Part shown: positions 12,982-23,609 of the stretch, piece by piece
Position numbering within the stretch: position 1 is the stretch's first letter
Layout of the letters: each line of letters starts with the position of its first letter
Assembly (NCBI RefSeq): GCF_001457615.1
Contig: NZ_LN831024.1
Location: forward strand, 5,010,001-5,042,000
Reading direction: 5' to 3'
Length of the DNA: 32,000 nucleotides
From: Pseudomonas aeruginosa
GTDB taxonomy: Bacteria; Pseudomonadota; Gammaproteobacteria; Pseudomonadales; Pseudomonadaceae
Program-made: the position numbers and the translations under genes
The notes under the pieces: model-generated
Seen by the model: the letters and a program-made list of their open reading frames with translations, nothing else
Database searches by the model: none
Told to the model about the DNA's origin: nothing

Positions 12982-13455
12982 TCACTTTTTGGCTTCGTCT
13001 TTGTTAACCGAGTTCAGCAGGAACTTGCCGATCAGGTCTTCCAGCACCAGCGCCGACTGGGTGTCGTGGATGGTGCTGCCGTCCTTCAGAACGTCCTCGT
13101 CGCCGCCGACGCTGATGCCGATGTATTTCTCGCCCAGCAGGCCGGCGGTCAGGATCGACGCCGTGGAATCGACCGGCAGGTTGTTCACGTTCTGGTTGAT
13201 CTCCATGGTCACGCGACCAGTGTAGCTGTCGCGATCCAGGTCGACCGCCGTCACCTTGCCGATCGTCACGCCGGCCAGGGTGACCTTGCCGCGCACGGTA
13301 ACACCGGCGATGTTGTCGAAGTAGGCGTAGACCTTGTAGGTATCGCCGGCGTTGCCCACGCTCAGGCCGCTGACCCGCAGGGCCAGCAGCAACAGGGCCA
13401 GCAGGCCGGCCAGGAGGAACAGGCCGACACCGATTTCCAGGGTGCGGGTTTGCAT
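12982..13455 (-). CDS. mlaD: MlaD/MCE-domain substrate-binding protein
   Basis: 157 aa. MQTRTLEIGVGLFLLAGLLALLLLALRVSG TM plus MCE domain VYAYFDNIAGVTVRGKVTLAGVTIGKVTAVDLD and GLLGEKYIGISVGG. Confidence 0.95.
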   Translation of the reverse strand: MQTRTLEIGVGLFLLAGLLALLLLALRVSGLSVGNAGDTYKVYAYFDNIAGVTVRGKVTLAGVTIGKVTAVDLDRDSYTGRVTMEINQNVNNLPVDSTASILTAGLLGEKYIGISVGGDEDVLKDGSTIHDTQSALVLEDLIGKFLLNSVNKDEAKK

Positions 13456-14253
13456 TCAGAAATCTCCAAACATCAAAGCAGTCAGAATGAAGTCGAGCCC
13501 CAGCACCGCCAGGGAGGCATAGACCACGGTCCGGGTCGTCGCCCGGCTGATTCCTTCCGAGGTCGGCTCGCAGTCGTAGCCTTGGTAGACCGCGATCCAG
13601 GTCACCACGAAGGCGAATACGATACTTTTGATCACGCCGTTGAGCACATCCTCGGTGAACTGCACGCTGTTCTGCATGTTCGCCCAGAACGACCCCTCGT
13701 ATACGCCCAGCCAGTCGACCGCGACCATCGCCCCACCCCAGATGCCGACCACGCTGAAGATCGCGGCGAGCAGCGGCATGGAGATGAAACCGGCCCACAG
13801 GCGCGGCGCGACGATGTACTTGAGCGGGTCGACACCGATCATTTCCAGGCTGGAAAGCTGTTCGGTGGCCTTCATGTTGCCGATTTCCGCGGTAAGCGCA
13901 GAGCCGGCACGGCCGGCGAACAGCAGGCCGGTCACCACCGGCCCCAGTTCGCGCAGCAGGGTCAGGGCCACCATCTGCCCGACCGCCTGCTCGGAACCAT
14001 AGGAAATCAGGATGTTGTAGCCCTGCAGGGCCAGCACCATGCCAATGAACAGGCCCGAGACGACGATGATCGCCAGCGACAGCACGCCTACCGAGTAGAG
14101 TTGCTTCACCAGCAGGTGCAAACCGGTGCCTGGCGTGCGCCGGCCGAGCAGGGCGTGGCCGAGGAACAGGGTCGAGCGGCCGAGCGCGGCGACCACGTCC
14201 AGGCCGGCGCGGCCGAACAGCCGGATACGTTCGAGGGGAGAGACTCTACGCAT
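13456..14253 (-). CDS. mlaE: MlaE permease
   Basis: 265 aa. [51 protein letters not shown] permease signature. Start overlaps the mlaF stop (TGATG). Confidence 0.95.
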   Translation of the reverse strand: MRRVSPLERIRLFGRAGLDVVAALGRSTLFLGHALLGRRTPGTGLHLLVKQLYSVGVLSLAIIVVSGLFIGMVLALQGYNILISYGSEQAVGQMVALTLLRELGPVVTGLLFAGRAGSALTAEIGNMKATEQLSSLEMIGVDPLKYIVAPRLWAGFISMPLLAAIFSVVGIWGGAMVAVDWLGVYEGSFWANMQNSVQFTEDVLNGVIKSIVFAFVVTWIAVYQGYDCEPTSEGISRATTRTVVYASLAVLGLDFILTALMFGDF

Positions 14254-15062
14254 CAGCGCTCTCCCAGCAGGTCGGCCCGGTAGTCGCGGGCCGGATAATG
14301 GAACGGAACGGGACCATCCGGGATTCCCTTGACGAACTGGCGGATACGAGGATCGTCGGTTTCCTTGAGGACGTCCGGCGTCCCGTGGCCAAGTACCCGG
14401 CCGTCGCCGACGATATAGATGTAGTCGGCGATGCTGGCGGTCTCGGCCAGGTCATGGGAAACCACGATGCTGGTGATGCCGAGGGCATCGTTGAGCAGGC
14501 GGATCAGGCGCACCAGGACGCCCATGGCGATCGGATCCTGCCCCACGAACGGCTCGTCGTAGAGCAGGATCTGCGGGTCCAGGGCGATCGCCCGGGCCAG
14601 GGCGACGCGGCGCTTCATGCCGCCGGAAAGCTCGTCCGGCATCAGTTCCACGGCGCCGCGCAGGCCGACGGCCTGAAGCTTCATCAGGACGATGTCGCGG
14701 ATCATCTCTTCCGGCAGCTGGGTATGCACGCGCAGCGGAAACGCGACGTTCTCGAAGACGTCGAGATCGGTGAACAGCGCCCCGCTCTGGAACAGCACGC
14801 CGAACTGCTTGCGCATGTCGAACAGGTCGCCGCGCGAAAGCTGCGGCAGGTTCTGCCCGTTGACCCAGACCTCCCCCTTCGAAGGACGCAACTGGGAGGC
14901 GATCAGCCGCAGCAACGTGGTCTTGCCGCAACCGGACGGGCCCATGATGCCGGTCACCTTTCCGCGCGGGATACGCACATCGATGTTGTCGAAAATCGCC
15001 CGCGATCCGCGCTTGAAGGTCAGGCCCTTCAACTCGACCGCGTAGGCACTATCGGTGCTCAT
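14253..15062 (-). CDS. mlaF: MlaF ATP-binding protein
   Basis: 269 aa from [52 protein letters not shown] signature [28 protein letters not shown]. The tracked 308-aa start (15179) is probably too far upstream. Confidence 0.94.
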   Translation of the reverse strand: MSTDSAYAVELKGLTFKRGSRAIFDNIDVRIPRGKVTGIMGPSGCGKTTLLRLIASQLRPSKGEVWVNGQNLPQLSRGDLFDMRKQFGVLFQSGALFTDLDVFENVAFPLRVHTQLPEEMIRDIVLMKLQAVGLRGAVELMPDELSGGMKRRVALARAIALDPQILLYDEPFVGQDPIAMGVLVRLIRLLNDALGITSIVVSHDLAETASIADYIYIVGDGRVLGHGTPDVLKETDDPRIRQFVKGIPDGPVPFHYPARDYRADLLGER

Positions 15063-15441
15063 CAGGACTCCTTGCGATGCGACCCGTCCATGCTGGACGC
15101 CTTGCCCCGTTGCAAAGGCACGCATCCCGGAGGGGTCGAATGGGCGCGGACTATAGCACTGCGGCGGGTTCTGGCCCAAGGCCTGGCACCGTGCCGTTCA
15201 GCTTGGATTCAGCTTGTTCGGAGCGTTCTCTCAGCCCTTTAGGACATATCGCACACTTCAGGTTCACTACGGACAGAAAAAAATCGCGTCGACGTCGAAT
15301 ATATCGACATTTATGCAGTCATAGCGCGGAGTGCAGATAACGGCGGCGTAACAGAGCATTGCAGTCCATACAACATTGCGCCGCGGGGGATGCGGACCGA
15401 CTTCACAGCATGGCTGGTGTAAGCGGGGCACGCTTTCCCGT

Positions 15442-15447
15442 TATAAT
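15442..15447 (+). promoter_or_regulatory. Candidate -10 element (TATAAT) for the kdsD-lpt transcript
   Basis: Exact TATAAT 35 nt upstream of the kdsD start. No convincing -35 found, so tentative. Confidence 0.4.
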
Positions 15448-15481
15448 CCCGCCTTTAATCCAGGCGCCACATTCGTTGAAC

Positions 15482-16456
15482 ATGAGCCAGAACCTCGATT
15501 TCATCCATTCCGCCCAGCGCACCATCGGCCTCGAGCGCGACGCGGTAGACAGCCTGCTGGCGCGGATTGGCGACGATTTCGTCAAGGCCTGCGAACTGCT
15601 GCTGGCCGGCAAGGGCCGGGTCGTCGTCGTCGGCATGGGCAAGTCCGGTCACATCGGCAAGAAGATCGCCGCTACCCTGGCCAGCACCGGCACCCCCTCC
15701 TTCTTCGTGCATCCGGCCGAGGCCAGCCATGGCGACATGGGCATGATCACCAAGGACGACGTGGTCCTCGCCCTGTCCAACTCCGGCTCGACTGCCGAAA
15801 TCGTCACCCTGTTGCCTCTGATCAAGCGCCTGGGCATCACCCTGATCAGCATGACCGGTAACCCCGAGTCGCCCCTGGCCAAGGCTGCGGAAGTGAACCT
15901 GGACGCCAGTGTCGGCCAGGAAGCCTGCCCACTGAACCTGGCCCCGACCTCCTCCACCACCGTAACCCTGGTCCTCGGCGACGCCCTGGCGATCGCCCTG
16001 CTCGAAGCCCGCGGCTTTACCGCGGAAGACTTCGCCTTCTCGCACCCGGGCGGTGCGCTGGGCCGCCGACTGCTGCTGAAGGTGGAAGACGTCATGCACG
16101 TCGGCGAAGGGCTGCCGCAGGTGCTGCTCGGCACCTCGCTGACCGGCGCGCTGATGGAAATGACCCGCAAGGGCCTGGGCATGACCGTAGTGCTCGACGA
16201 ACATGGCAAGCTTGCCGGCATTTTCACCGATGGCGACCTGCGTCGCGCCCTGGATCGGGGCATCGACGTCCGCCAGGTCACCATCGACCAGGTGATGACC
16301 GTCCACGGCAAGACCGTCCGCGCCGAGATCCTCGCCGCGGAAGCCCTGAAGATCATGGAAGACAACAAGATCGGCGCACTGGTAGTGGTCGACGCGGACG
16401 ACCGTCCGGTCGGCGCCCTGAACATGCACGACCTGTTGCGCGCAGGAGTGATGTAA
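15482..16456 (+). CDS. kdsD: D-arabinose-5-phosphate isomerase
   Basis: 324 aa from MSQNLDFIHSAQRTIGLERDAVD. SIS domain VVGMGKSGHIGKKIAATLASTGTPSFFVHPAEASHGD plus paired CBS domains. Confidence 0.94.
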   Translation: MSQNLDFIHSAQRTIGLERDAVDSLLARIGDDFVKACELLLAGKGRVVVVGMGKSGHIGKKIAATLASTGTPSFFVHPAEASHGDMGMITKDDVVLALSNSGSTAEIVTLLPLIKRLGITLISMTGNPESPLAKAAEVNLDASVGQEACPLNLAPTSSTTVTLVLGDALAIALLEARGFTAEDFAFSHPGGALGRRLLLKVEDVMHVGEGLPQVLLGTSLTGALMEMTRKGLGMTVVLDEHGKLAGIFTDGDLRRALDRGIDVRQVTIDQVMTVHGKTVRAEILAAEALKIMEDNKIGALVVVDADDRPVGALNMHDLLRAGVM

Positions 16457-16995
16457 TGAGCGATACCCATTCGGCCGCGGAACTCCCGGTCCGGGCCAGC
16501 CGGATACGCCTGGCGATCTTCGACGTCGACGGCGTGCTGACCGACGGCAAGCTGTATTTCCTCGTCGACGGCAGCGAGTTCAAGACCTTCAACACCCTGG
16601 ACGGACATGGCATCAAGATGCTCATCGCCTCCGGCGTGCGCACCGCCATCATCACCGGCCGCGACACTCCGGTGGTCGAACGGCGCGCGCGCAACCTGGG
16701 CATCCAGCATCTCTATCAGGGCCGGGAAGACAAGCTCGCCGTCCTCGACGAACTTCTCGGCGAACTCGGACTAGGCTATGAGCAAGTCGCCTACCTTGGC
16801 GACGACCTGCCCGATCTGCCGGTGATCCGCCGCGTCGGCCTGGGCATGGCGGTAGCCAGTGCCGACCCGTTCGTGCGCCAGCATGCCCATGGCGTCACCG
16901 CGGCCCGCGGCGGCGAAGGCGCCGCCCGCGAGTTCTGCGAACTGATCATGCGCGCCCAGGGTACGCTCGAAGCCGCCCAGGGCGCCTATCTGTAG
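16456..16995 (+). CDS. kdsC: 3-deoxy-D-manno-octulosonate 8-phosphate phosphatase
   Basis: 179 aa. LAIFDVDGVLTDGKLYF HAD motif, ITGRDTPVVERRARNLGI, YLGDDLPDLPV. Overlaps the kdsD stop (TAATG). Confidence 0.94.
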   Translation: MSDTHSAAELPVRASRIRLAIFDVDGVLTDGKLYFLVDGSEFKTFNTLDGHGIKMLIASGVRTAIITGRDTPVVERRARNLGIQHLYQGREDKLAVLDELLGELGLGYEQVAYLGDDLPDLPVIRRVGLGMAVASADPFVRQHAHGVTAARGGEGAAREFCELIMRAQGTLEAAQGAYL

Positions 16996-17003
16996 AGCCG
17001 ACC

Positions 17004-17576
17004 ATGCCGAAGACACTACGCCAGAAACTGCTGCTCGCCCTGATCGCCCTGTTGCTGATCGTCGCGGGCTACTACTGGAACGTCGGGCTCGAGCTGTTCA
17101 ACGAACAGCCGACCCGCCCCGGCCAGGACAACACCATCGACTACTATGCCGAGAATGCCCATAGCCTCCAGTACCAGGAGGACGGCAGCCTCGACTACGA
17201 GATGACCGCGGTGAAGCTGGAGCACCAGAAAGCCACGGACATCACTTTCGTCACCACCCCCGACCTGCTGCTCTTCCGTGGCAACGTGCAACCCTGGCAC
17301 ATCCAGAGCGCCCGCGCCGAAGTCGGACCGAAAGGCAAGGAGGTCGAACTCATCGACGACGTGCGCGTCGCACGTACCGATGCCAAGGGCCAACCAAGCA
17401 TCCTGACCACCACTCGGCTGACCGTATTCCCCGACAAGAATTATGCACAGACCGAGCAAGCCGTTAAAATCGACGCGGCCAATGGAGTGACGACGGCTGT
17501 TGGAATGAAAGCGTATCTGAAAGACAGCCGGATGCACCTGCTGTCCAACGTAAGAGGTCAGCATGAGGTTCGTTAA
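17004..17576 (+). CDS. lptC: LPS export protein LptC
   Basis: 190 aa. Single N-terminal TM and YYAENAHSLQYQEDGSLDYEMTAVKLEHQ; position between kdsC and lptA. Confidence 0.92.
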   Translation: MPKTLRQKLLLALIALLLIVAGYYWNVGLELFNEQPTRPGQDNTIDYYAENAHSLQYQEDGSLDYEMTAVKLEHQKATDITFVTTPDLLLFRGNVQPWHIQSARAEVGPKGKEVELIDDVRVARTDAKGQPSILTTTRLTVFPDKNYAQTEQAVKIDAANGVTTAVGMKAYLKDSRMHLLSNVRGQHEVR

Positions 17577-18090
17577 TACCCTCCCCCTTATTTTCGGTCT
17601 GACTGCCGCCCTCGGCAGCTCCATGGCCTTGGCCCTGCCTTCGGACCGCGAACAACCGATCCGCGTCCAGGCCGACAGCGCCGAACTGGACGACAAGCAG
17701 GGCGTCGCGGTCTACCGCGGCGACGTCGTGGTGACCCAGGGCAGCACCAAGCTGACCGGCAACACCGTGACCCTGAAGCAGGACAAGAACGGCGACATCG
17801 AGGTCGTGACCTCGGTCGGCAAGCCTGCCTACTACGAGCAGAAACCCGCTCCGGACAAGGACGTGACCAAGGCCTATGGCCTGACCATCCAGTACTTCGT
17901 CACGCAGAACCGGGTCGTGCTGATCGACCAGGCCAAGGTGATCCAGGAAGGCAACACCTTCGAAGGCGAGAAGATCGTCTACGACACCCAGCGCCAGATC
18001 GTCAACGCGGGTCGTGCCACCGGCTCCCAGGTGACCAGCCCGCGCCCGCGCATCGACATGGTCATCCAGCCGAAGAAAAAGGCCCAGTAA
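17563..18090 (+). CDS. lptA: Periplasmic LPS transport protein LptA (LptH)
   Basis: 175 aa, signal peptide, [40 protein letters not shown] OstA-like domain. Confidence 0.93.
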   Translation: MRFVNTLPLIFGLTAALGSSMALALPSDREQPIRVQADSAELDDKQGVAVYRGDVVVTQGSTKLTGNTVTLKQDKNGDIEVVTSVGKPAYYEQKPAPDKDVTKAYGLTIQYFVTQNRVVLIDQAKVIQEGNTFEGEKIVYDTQRQIVNAGRATGSQVTSPRPRIDMVIQPKKKAQ

Positions 18091-18815
18091 TGGCAACGCT
18101 CAAAGCCCAGCACCTGGCCAAAAGCTATAAAGGCCGGCAAGTCGTCCGCGACGTCAGCATGTCCATCGATAGCGGGCAGATCGTCGGCCTGCTCGGTCCG
18201 AACGGTGCCGGCAAGACCACCTGCTTCTACATGATCGTCGGCCTGGTCCAGGCCGACCAGGGCGTGGTCCGCATCGACGAGCAGAACGTCACCCACCTGC
18301 CGATGCACGGGCGCGCCCGGGCCGGCATCGGCTACCTGCCGCAGGAAGCCTCGATCTTCCGCAAGCTGTCGGTATCCGACAACATCATGGCGATCCTCGA
18401 GACCCGCAGCGACCTCGATCGCAACGGTCGCAAGGAAGCCCTGGAAGGCCTGCTGCAGGAATTCCACATCCACCACATCCGCGACAACCTCGGCATGAGC
18501 CTGTCCGGCGGCGAACGACGCCGGGTGGAAATCGCCCGCGCCCTGGCCAGCGCGCCGAAATTCATCCTCCTCGACGAGCCCTTCGCCGGCGTGGACCCGA
18601 TCTCGGTCGGCGACATCAAGCAGATCATCCATCACCTCAAGGCGAAGGGTATCGGCATCCTCATCACCGACCACAACGTCCGCGAGACCCTGGACATCTG
18701 TGAAACGGCGTATATCGTCAATGATGGGCAGTTGATCGCGGAGGGGGATGCCGAGAGCATCCTCGCCAACGACCTGGTCAAGGAAGTCTACCTGGGGCAC
18801 GAGTTCCGCCTCTGA
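18090..18815 (+). CDS. lptB: LPS export ABC ATP-binding protein LptB
   Basis: 241 aa. [20 protein letters not shown] Walker [16 protein letters not shown] signature, [14 protein letters not shown]. Confidence 0.97.
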   Translation: MATLKAQHLAKSYKGRQVVRDVSMSIDSGQIVGLLGPNGAGKTTCFYMIVGLVQADQGVVRIDEQNVTHLPMHGRARAGIGYLPQEASIFRKLSVSDNIMAILETRSDLDRNGRKEALEGLLQEFHIHHIRDNLGMSLSGGERRRVEIARALASAPKFILLDEPFAGVDPISVGDIKQIIHHLKAKGIGILITDHNVRETLDICETAYIVNDGQLIAEGDAESILANDLVKEVYLGHEFRL

Positions 18816-19040
18816 AGAAATCTCCTAGCGCGCCCTCCGGCCTCGCCGGAGCGGTTCCGCTCGCCCGCGGTTTCGCAACCGCGAGTGCCGCCTGGAGCGG
18901 ATGATTTATTCAGAGCAACCCTAGGCAAAGTACGAAAATTCAGGCATATAATTTGCTTCCTGGCGGTGCCGCCACCTCGGCACCCGTAGTAGTGGATGGT
19001 GCCATCCGGTACCAGCGAATAAGGTACTAAGCCCTCAGCC

Positions 19041-20534
19041 ATGAAACCATCGCTAGTCCTCAAGATGGGCCAGCAGCTGACGATGACGCCGCAGCTGCAA
19101 CAGGCCATACGCCTCCTCCAGCTATCCACCCTGGACCTCCAGCAGGAAATCCAGGAAGCGCTGGAATCCAATCCCATGCTCGAACGCCAGGAAGACGGCG
19201 ACGATTTCGACAACAGCGACCCTCTCGCCGATGGCGCCGAACAGGCGGCCAGCGCGCCCCAGGAGAGCCCTCTCCAGGAAAGCGCCACGCCCAGCGTCGA
19301 AAGCCTCGACGACGACCAGTGGAGCGAACGCATACCCAGCGAGTTGCCGGTGGATACCGCCTGGGAAGACATCTACCAGACCAGCGCCAGCAGCCTGCCC
19401 AGCAACGACGATGACGAATGGGACTTCACCGCGCGCACCAGCAGCGGCGAGAGCCTGCACAGCCACCTGCTCTGGCAGGTCAACCTGGCACCGATGTCGG
19501 ACACCGATCGGATGATCGCGGTGACCATCATCGATAGCATCAACAACGATGGCTATCTCGAAGAGTCCCTCGAAGAAATCCTCGCCGCCATCGATCCGGA
19601 ACTGGACGTCGAACTCGACGAAGTGGAAGTCGTGCTGCGCCGCATCCAGCAACTGGAACCCGCCGGCATCGGCGCCCGCAACCTGCGCGAGTGCCTGCTG
19701 CTGCAACTGCGCCAGTTGCCGTCCACCACGCCCTGGCTGAACGAAGCGCTGCGCCTGGTATCCGACTACCTCGACCTGCTCGGCGGCCGCGACTACAGCC
19801 AATTGATGCGGCGCATGAAGCTCAAGGAAGACGAACTGCGCCAGGTCATCGAGCTGATCCAGTGCCTGCATCCCCGGCCCGGTTCGCAGATCGAATCGAG
19901 CGAAGCCGAATACATCGTCCCCGACGTCATCGTGCGCAAGGACAACGAGCGCTGGCTGGTCGAGCTGAACCAGGAGGCGATGCCGCGCCTGCGCGTCAAC
20001 GCCACCTACGCCGGCATGGTCCGCCGCGCCGACAGCAGCGCCGACAATACCTTCATGCGCAACCAGTTGCAGGAAGCCCGCTGGTTCATCAAGAGCCTGC
20101 AGAGCCGCAACGAAACGCTGATGAAGGTCGCCACCCAGATCGTCGAGCACCAGCGCGGTTTCCTCGACTACGGCGAAGAAGCCATGAAGCCGCTGGTCCT
20201 GCACGACATCGCCGAAGCGGTGGGCATGCACGAATCGACCATTTCGCGGGTCACCACGCAGAAATACATGCATACGCCGCGCGGCATTTTCGAGCTGAAA
20301 TATTTCTTTTCAAGTCACGTCAGTACCGCCGAAGGCGGGGAATGCTCGTCCACCGCGATCCGCGCGATCATCAAGAAACTGGTGGCCGCGGAAAATGCGA
20401 AAAAGCCATTGAGCGACAGCAAGATCGCTGGTTTACTGGAGGCACAGGGCATTCAAGTGGCTCGCCGCACCGTCGCCAAATACCGCGAATCCCTGGGCAT
20501 AGCCCCTTCGAGCGAGCGCAAGCGACTGGTGTGA
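19041..20534 (+). CDS. rpoN: RNA polymerase sigma-54 factor
   Basis: 497 aa. N-terminal [41 protein letters not shown] and C-terminal RpoN box [14 protein letters not shown]. Confidence 0.98.
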
Positions 20535-20611
20535 CGTTGATCCACGCCAAGGTGTTCCGGAGGCAGGTTGCTAACCTGCCACTTACACACGGGCAACAAG
20601 GAGAACGCGGT

Positions 20612-20920
20612 ATGCAAGTCAACATCAGTGGCCATCAACTGGATGTGACCGACGCCCTGCGCGACTATGTCGGCGAGAAACTGAGCCGTCTGGAGCGCCA
20701 TTTCGACAAGATCACCAATGTTCAGGTGATCATGGAGGTCGAGAAACTGAAGCAGAAGATCGAAGCCACCCTGCGCATCGCCGGTGGCGAGATCGTAGCC
20801 AATGCGGAACATGAGGACATGTACGCGGCCATCGACCTGCTGATCGACAAACTCGACCGTCAACTGATCAAACACAAAGAGAAGTATCTCGAACGGCAGC
20901 AAGGCGTAGGCGCCCGCTGA
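20612..20920 (+). CDS. hpf: Ribosome hibernation-promoting factor (HPF/YhbH type)
   Basis: 102 aa from MQVNISGHQLDVTDALRDYVGEKLSRLERHFDKITNVQVIMEVEKLKQK, AAGGAGAA upstream, located between rpoN and ptsN. Confidence 0.94.
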   Translation: MQVNISGHQLDVTDALRDYVGEKLSRLERHFDKITNVQVIMEVEKLKQKIEATLRIAGGEIVANAEHEDMYAAIDLLIDKLDRQLIKHKEKYLERQQGVGAR

Positions 20921-20933
20921 TCTCCCCTCCCCT

Positions 20934-21398
20934 ATGATCCGACTTGAGCAAATCCTGACCCCCGGCCGTTCCCTCGTGAACGTGCCGGGCGGCAGCAAGA
21001 AACGCGTACTCGAACAAATCGCCAACCTGGTAGCCAGGGAGCTGCCGGAGTTCGACGCCCAGACCATCTTCGAAAACCTGGTGGCCCGGGAAAAACTCGG
21101 TTCCACCGGCTTCGGCAATGGCATCGCCATTCCGCACTGCCGCCTGTCTGGCTGCCAGAGCCCCATCAGCGCCGTGCTGCACCTGGATGCTCCCGTGGAC
21201 TTCGACGCGCTGGACGGCGCGCCGGTCGACCTGCTCTTCGTCCTGCTGGTACCGGAGGCCGCGACCGAAGAACATCTCGAACTGCTCCGGCAGATCGCCG
21301 CCATGCTCGACCGTGCCGACGTACGCGACCGCCTGCGCAGCGCTCCCACCGCCGAAGCGCTTTATCAGATCGTGGTAGACGTACAGAACGGGCAATGA
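20934..21398 (+). CDS. ptsN: Nitrogen regulatory EIIA (PTS-Ntr)
   Basis: 154 aa. [13 protein letters not shown] phosphorylation-site motif. Confidence 0.95.
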   Translation: MIRLEQILTPGRSLVNVPGGSKKRVLEQIANLVARELPEFDAQTIFENLVAREKLGSTGFGNGIAIPHCRLSGCQSPISAVLHLDAPVDFDALDGAPVDLLFVLLVPEAATEEHLELLRQIAAMLDRADVRDRLRSAPTAEALYQIVVDVQNGQ

Positions 21399-21399
21399 C

Positions 21400-22260
21400 A
21401 TGCGCCTGATCATCGTCAGTGGCCGCTCGGGCTCGGGCAAGAGCACCGCCCTGAACGTCCTCGAAGACAACGGCTTCTATTGCATCGACAACCTTCCCGC
21501 CAGCCTGCTTCCCGACCTGGCGCAGCGCGCCCTGTTGCACACGGAGCTACTGCAGCCACAGGTGGCGGTGTCGATCGACGCCCGCAACCTGCCCAGCCAG
21601 TTGCAGCGCTTCCCCGAACTGTTGCAGGAAGTGCGGGACAACCACATCAACTGCGATGTGCTGTATCTCGACGCCGACGACGAGACGCTGCTCAAACGAT
21701 TCTCGGAAACCCGCCGGCGCCACCCGCTGACCACCGACACCCGTTCGCTGGCGGAGGCGATTGGCGACGAGAGCCAATTGCTCGGACCGATCGCCGACCT
21801 CGCCGACCTGAAGCTGGACACCACCAGCCTCAACCTCTATCAGCTGCGCGACACCATCAAACTGCGCCTGTTGAACAAGCCGGAGCCCGGCACCGCGTTC
21901 CTCGTCGAATCCTTTGGCTTCAAGCGCGGCATGCCAGTCGACGCCGACCTGGTGTTCGATGTGCGCTGCCTGCCGAACCCCTACTGGAAGCCCGAGTTGC
22001 GCGATCATTCGGGGCTGGAGCCGGAAGTCCGCGAGTATCTGGCCGCCCAGCCGGACGTCGAGGAAATGTACCAGGACATCGTCGGCTACCTGAACAAATG
22101 GCTGCCGCGCTTCGCCGCCAGTAACCGCTCATATGTAACAGTTGCGATAGGCTGTACCGGCGGGCACCATCGTTCGGTCTACCTCGCCGAGCGGATTGGC
22201 GCTGCACTCAGGGATTCCCTGAAGAACGTGCAGATTCGCCACCGCGATCTCAGCAGCTAG
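21400..22260 (+). CDS. rapZ: RNase adaptor protein RapZ (YvcJ family)
   Basis: 286 aa. [37 protein letters not shown] and [17 protein letters not shown]. Confidence 0.96.
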   Translation: MRLIIVSGRSGSGKSTALNVLEDNGFYCIDNLPASLLPDLAQRALLHTELLQPQVAVSIDARNLPSQLQRFPELLQEVRDNHINCDVLYLDADDETLLKRFSETRRRHPLTTDTRSLAEAIGDESQLLGPIADLADLKLDTTSLNLYQLRDTIKLRLLNKPEPGTAFLVESFGFKRGMPVDADLVFDVRCLPNPYWKPELRDHSGLEPEVREYLAAQPDVEEMYQDIVGYLNKWLPRFAASNRSYVTVAIGCTGGHHRSVYLAERIGAALRDSLKNVQIRHRDLSS

Positions 22261-22289
22261 CCCATAACAAGAAGGACAGACTCCCCAAG

Positions 22290-22562
22290 ATGCCCGCCCT
22301 CGAGATCACCATCATCAACAAGCTCGGTCTGCACGCCCGCGCGGCGGCCAAGTTCGTCGGCGTCGCGGGGCGCTACCCTTGCCAGGTCCGGGTCGGCCGC
22401 AATCCTGAAAGCTGCGTCGACGGCAAGAGCATCATGGCCGTGATGATGCTGGCTGCCGGCAAGGGCACCAACCTGCACCTGCATACCGAAGGCGAACAGG
22501 AAGACGAGGCGTTGAACGCGCTGGTCGAACTGATCAACAACAGGTTCGACGAGGGCGAGTAG
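22290..22562 (+). CDS. ptsO: HPr-like phosphocarrier NPr (PTS-Ntr)
   Basis: 90 aa. IINKLGLHARAAAKFVGVA HPr phospho-His motif, last gene of the rpoN cluster. Confidence 0.95.
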   Translation: MPALEITIINKLGLHARAAAKFVGVAGRYPCQVRVGRNPESCVDGKSIMAVMMLAAGKGTNLHLHTEGEQEDEALNALVELINNRFDEGE

Positions 22563-22582
22563 GCTCTTCCCAGCGACAACGA

Positions 22583-22606
22583 AAAAGCCGCCAACTGGCG
22601 GCTTTT
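22583..22606. terminator. Bidirectional intrinsic terminator between convergent ptsO and ZIP transporter gene
   Basis: AAAAGCCGCC-AACT-GGCGGCTTTT, perfect stem with flanking A/T. Confidence 0.85.
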
Positions 22607-22658
22607 CCTTTCCGGCGATTGCGGCCGGCGTCAATTCAGCGCGGGTCGGATGAATCCC

Positions 22659-23591
22659 CTAGCCCAGCGCGGTATCCAGCACCATCATCAGGCAGAAACC
22701 GAACACCAGGCCCAGCGTAGCCTCGGCGGCATGTCCCTGGCGGTGGGACTCGGGAATGATCTCGTGGGTGACCACGAAGAGCATCGCTCCCCCCGCGGCG
22801 GCCAGCCCCCAGGGCAGGAGCAGCGCGGAGAGGCCGACCAGCCAGGCGCAGAGCACCGCGAACAGCGGCTCGACCAGGCCCGACGCGGCACCGACCAGCA
22901 TCGCCTTGAAACGCGACATACCGACTCCGGCCAGCACCAGCGCCACCACCAGACCTTCCGGCACATCCTGCAGAGCGATGCCCAGGGCGAGGCCGTTCGC
23001 CTCGTCCAGGCCGGCACCGGCCGACACGCCAACCGCCATGCCTTCGGGGATGTTGTGCAGGACGATGGCCGTGACGAACAGCAGGATGCGCGGGGGAATG
23101 CCACCGGACAGTGGCGCGCCCTCGCAACCGGGATGGACGTCCGGCATCAGCCGGCCGAGGATGAACAGCCCCATCACGCCGACCGCCAGGCCGAAGCTGA
23201 CCAGGAACCCCGCGCCGAACTTCGAGTAGCCGAGGTCGCCGGCCGCGGATAGCGCCGGCATGATCAGCGAGAAGGCCGTCGCCGAGAGCATCACGCCGGC
23301 ACCGAAGCCCAGCAGCGCATCCGACAGGCGCGCCGGCATGGTCTTCACCACCAGCACCGGCATCGCCCCGAGAGCGGTACCGAAGGCACAGAGCAGGCCG
23401 CCTTTCAATGCCAGCACGATGGGCGCCGGCAGGTTGAGTTCGGCCAGCAACAGCGCGTGGCGGCCGAGCAGGTAGCCGCCGCCGATGAAGATCAGCAGGC
23501 CCAGCAGGTTGCGCAGCGTCCGCCCGTTACCTTCGGCGATGCCATGGAGCAACGCCTTCATCGCCGCACCGCCAGGCTGCCGGCCAGCCAT
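22659..23591 (-). CDS. ZIP-family divalent metal transporter
   Basis: Up to 310 aa (alternative ATG at 23561). Metal-site motifs TAIVLHNIPEGMAVGVS and LQDVPEGLVVALVLAGVG, multiple TM segments. Confidence 0.9.
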   Translation of the reverse strand: MAGRQPGGAAMKALLHGIAEGNGRTLRNLLGLLIFIGGGYLLGRHALLLAELNLPAPIVLALKGGLLCAFGTALGAMPVLVVKTMPARLSDALLGFGAGVMLSATAFSLIMPALSAAGDLGYSKFGAGFLVSFGLAVGVMGLFILGRLMPDVHPGCEGAPLSGGIPPRILLFVTAIVLHNIPEGMAVGVSAGAGLDEANGLALGIALQDVPEGLVVALVLAGVGMSRFKAMLVGAASGLVEPLFAVLCAWLVGLSALLLPWGLAAAGGAMLFVVTHEIIPESHRQGHAAEATLGLVFGFCLMMVLDTALG

Positions 23592-23609
23592 CTCGCATCA
23601 CGGGTAACA

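Noticed and set aside
13066-14283. 405-aa plus-strand ORF across the mlaD/mlaE region
   Set aside because: Opposite to two intact Mla genes; no motifs, typical high-GC shadow.
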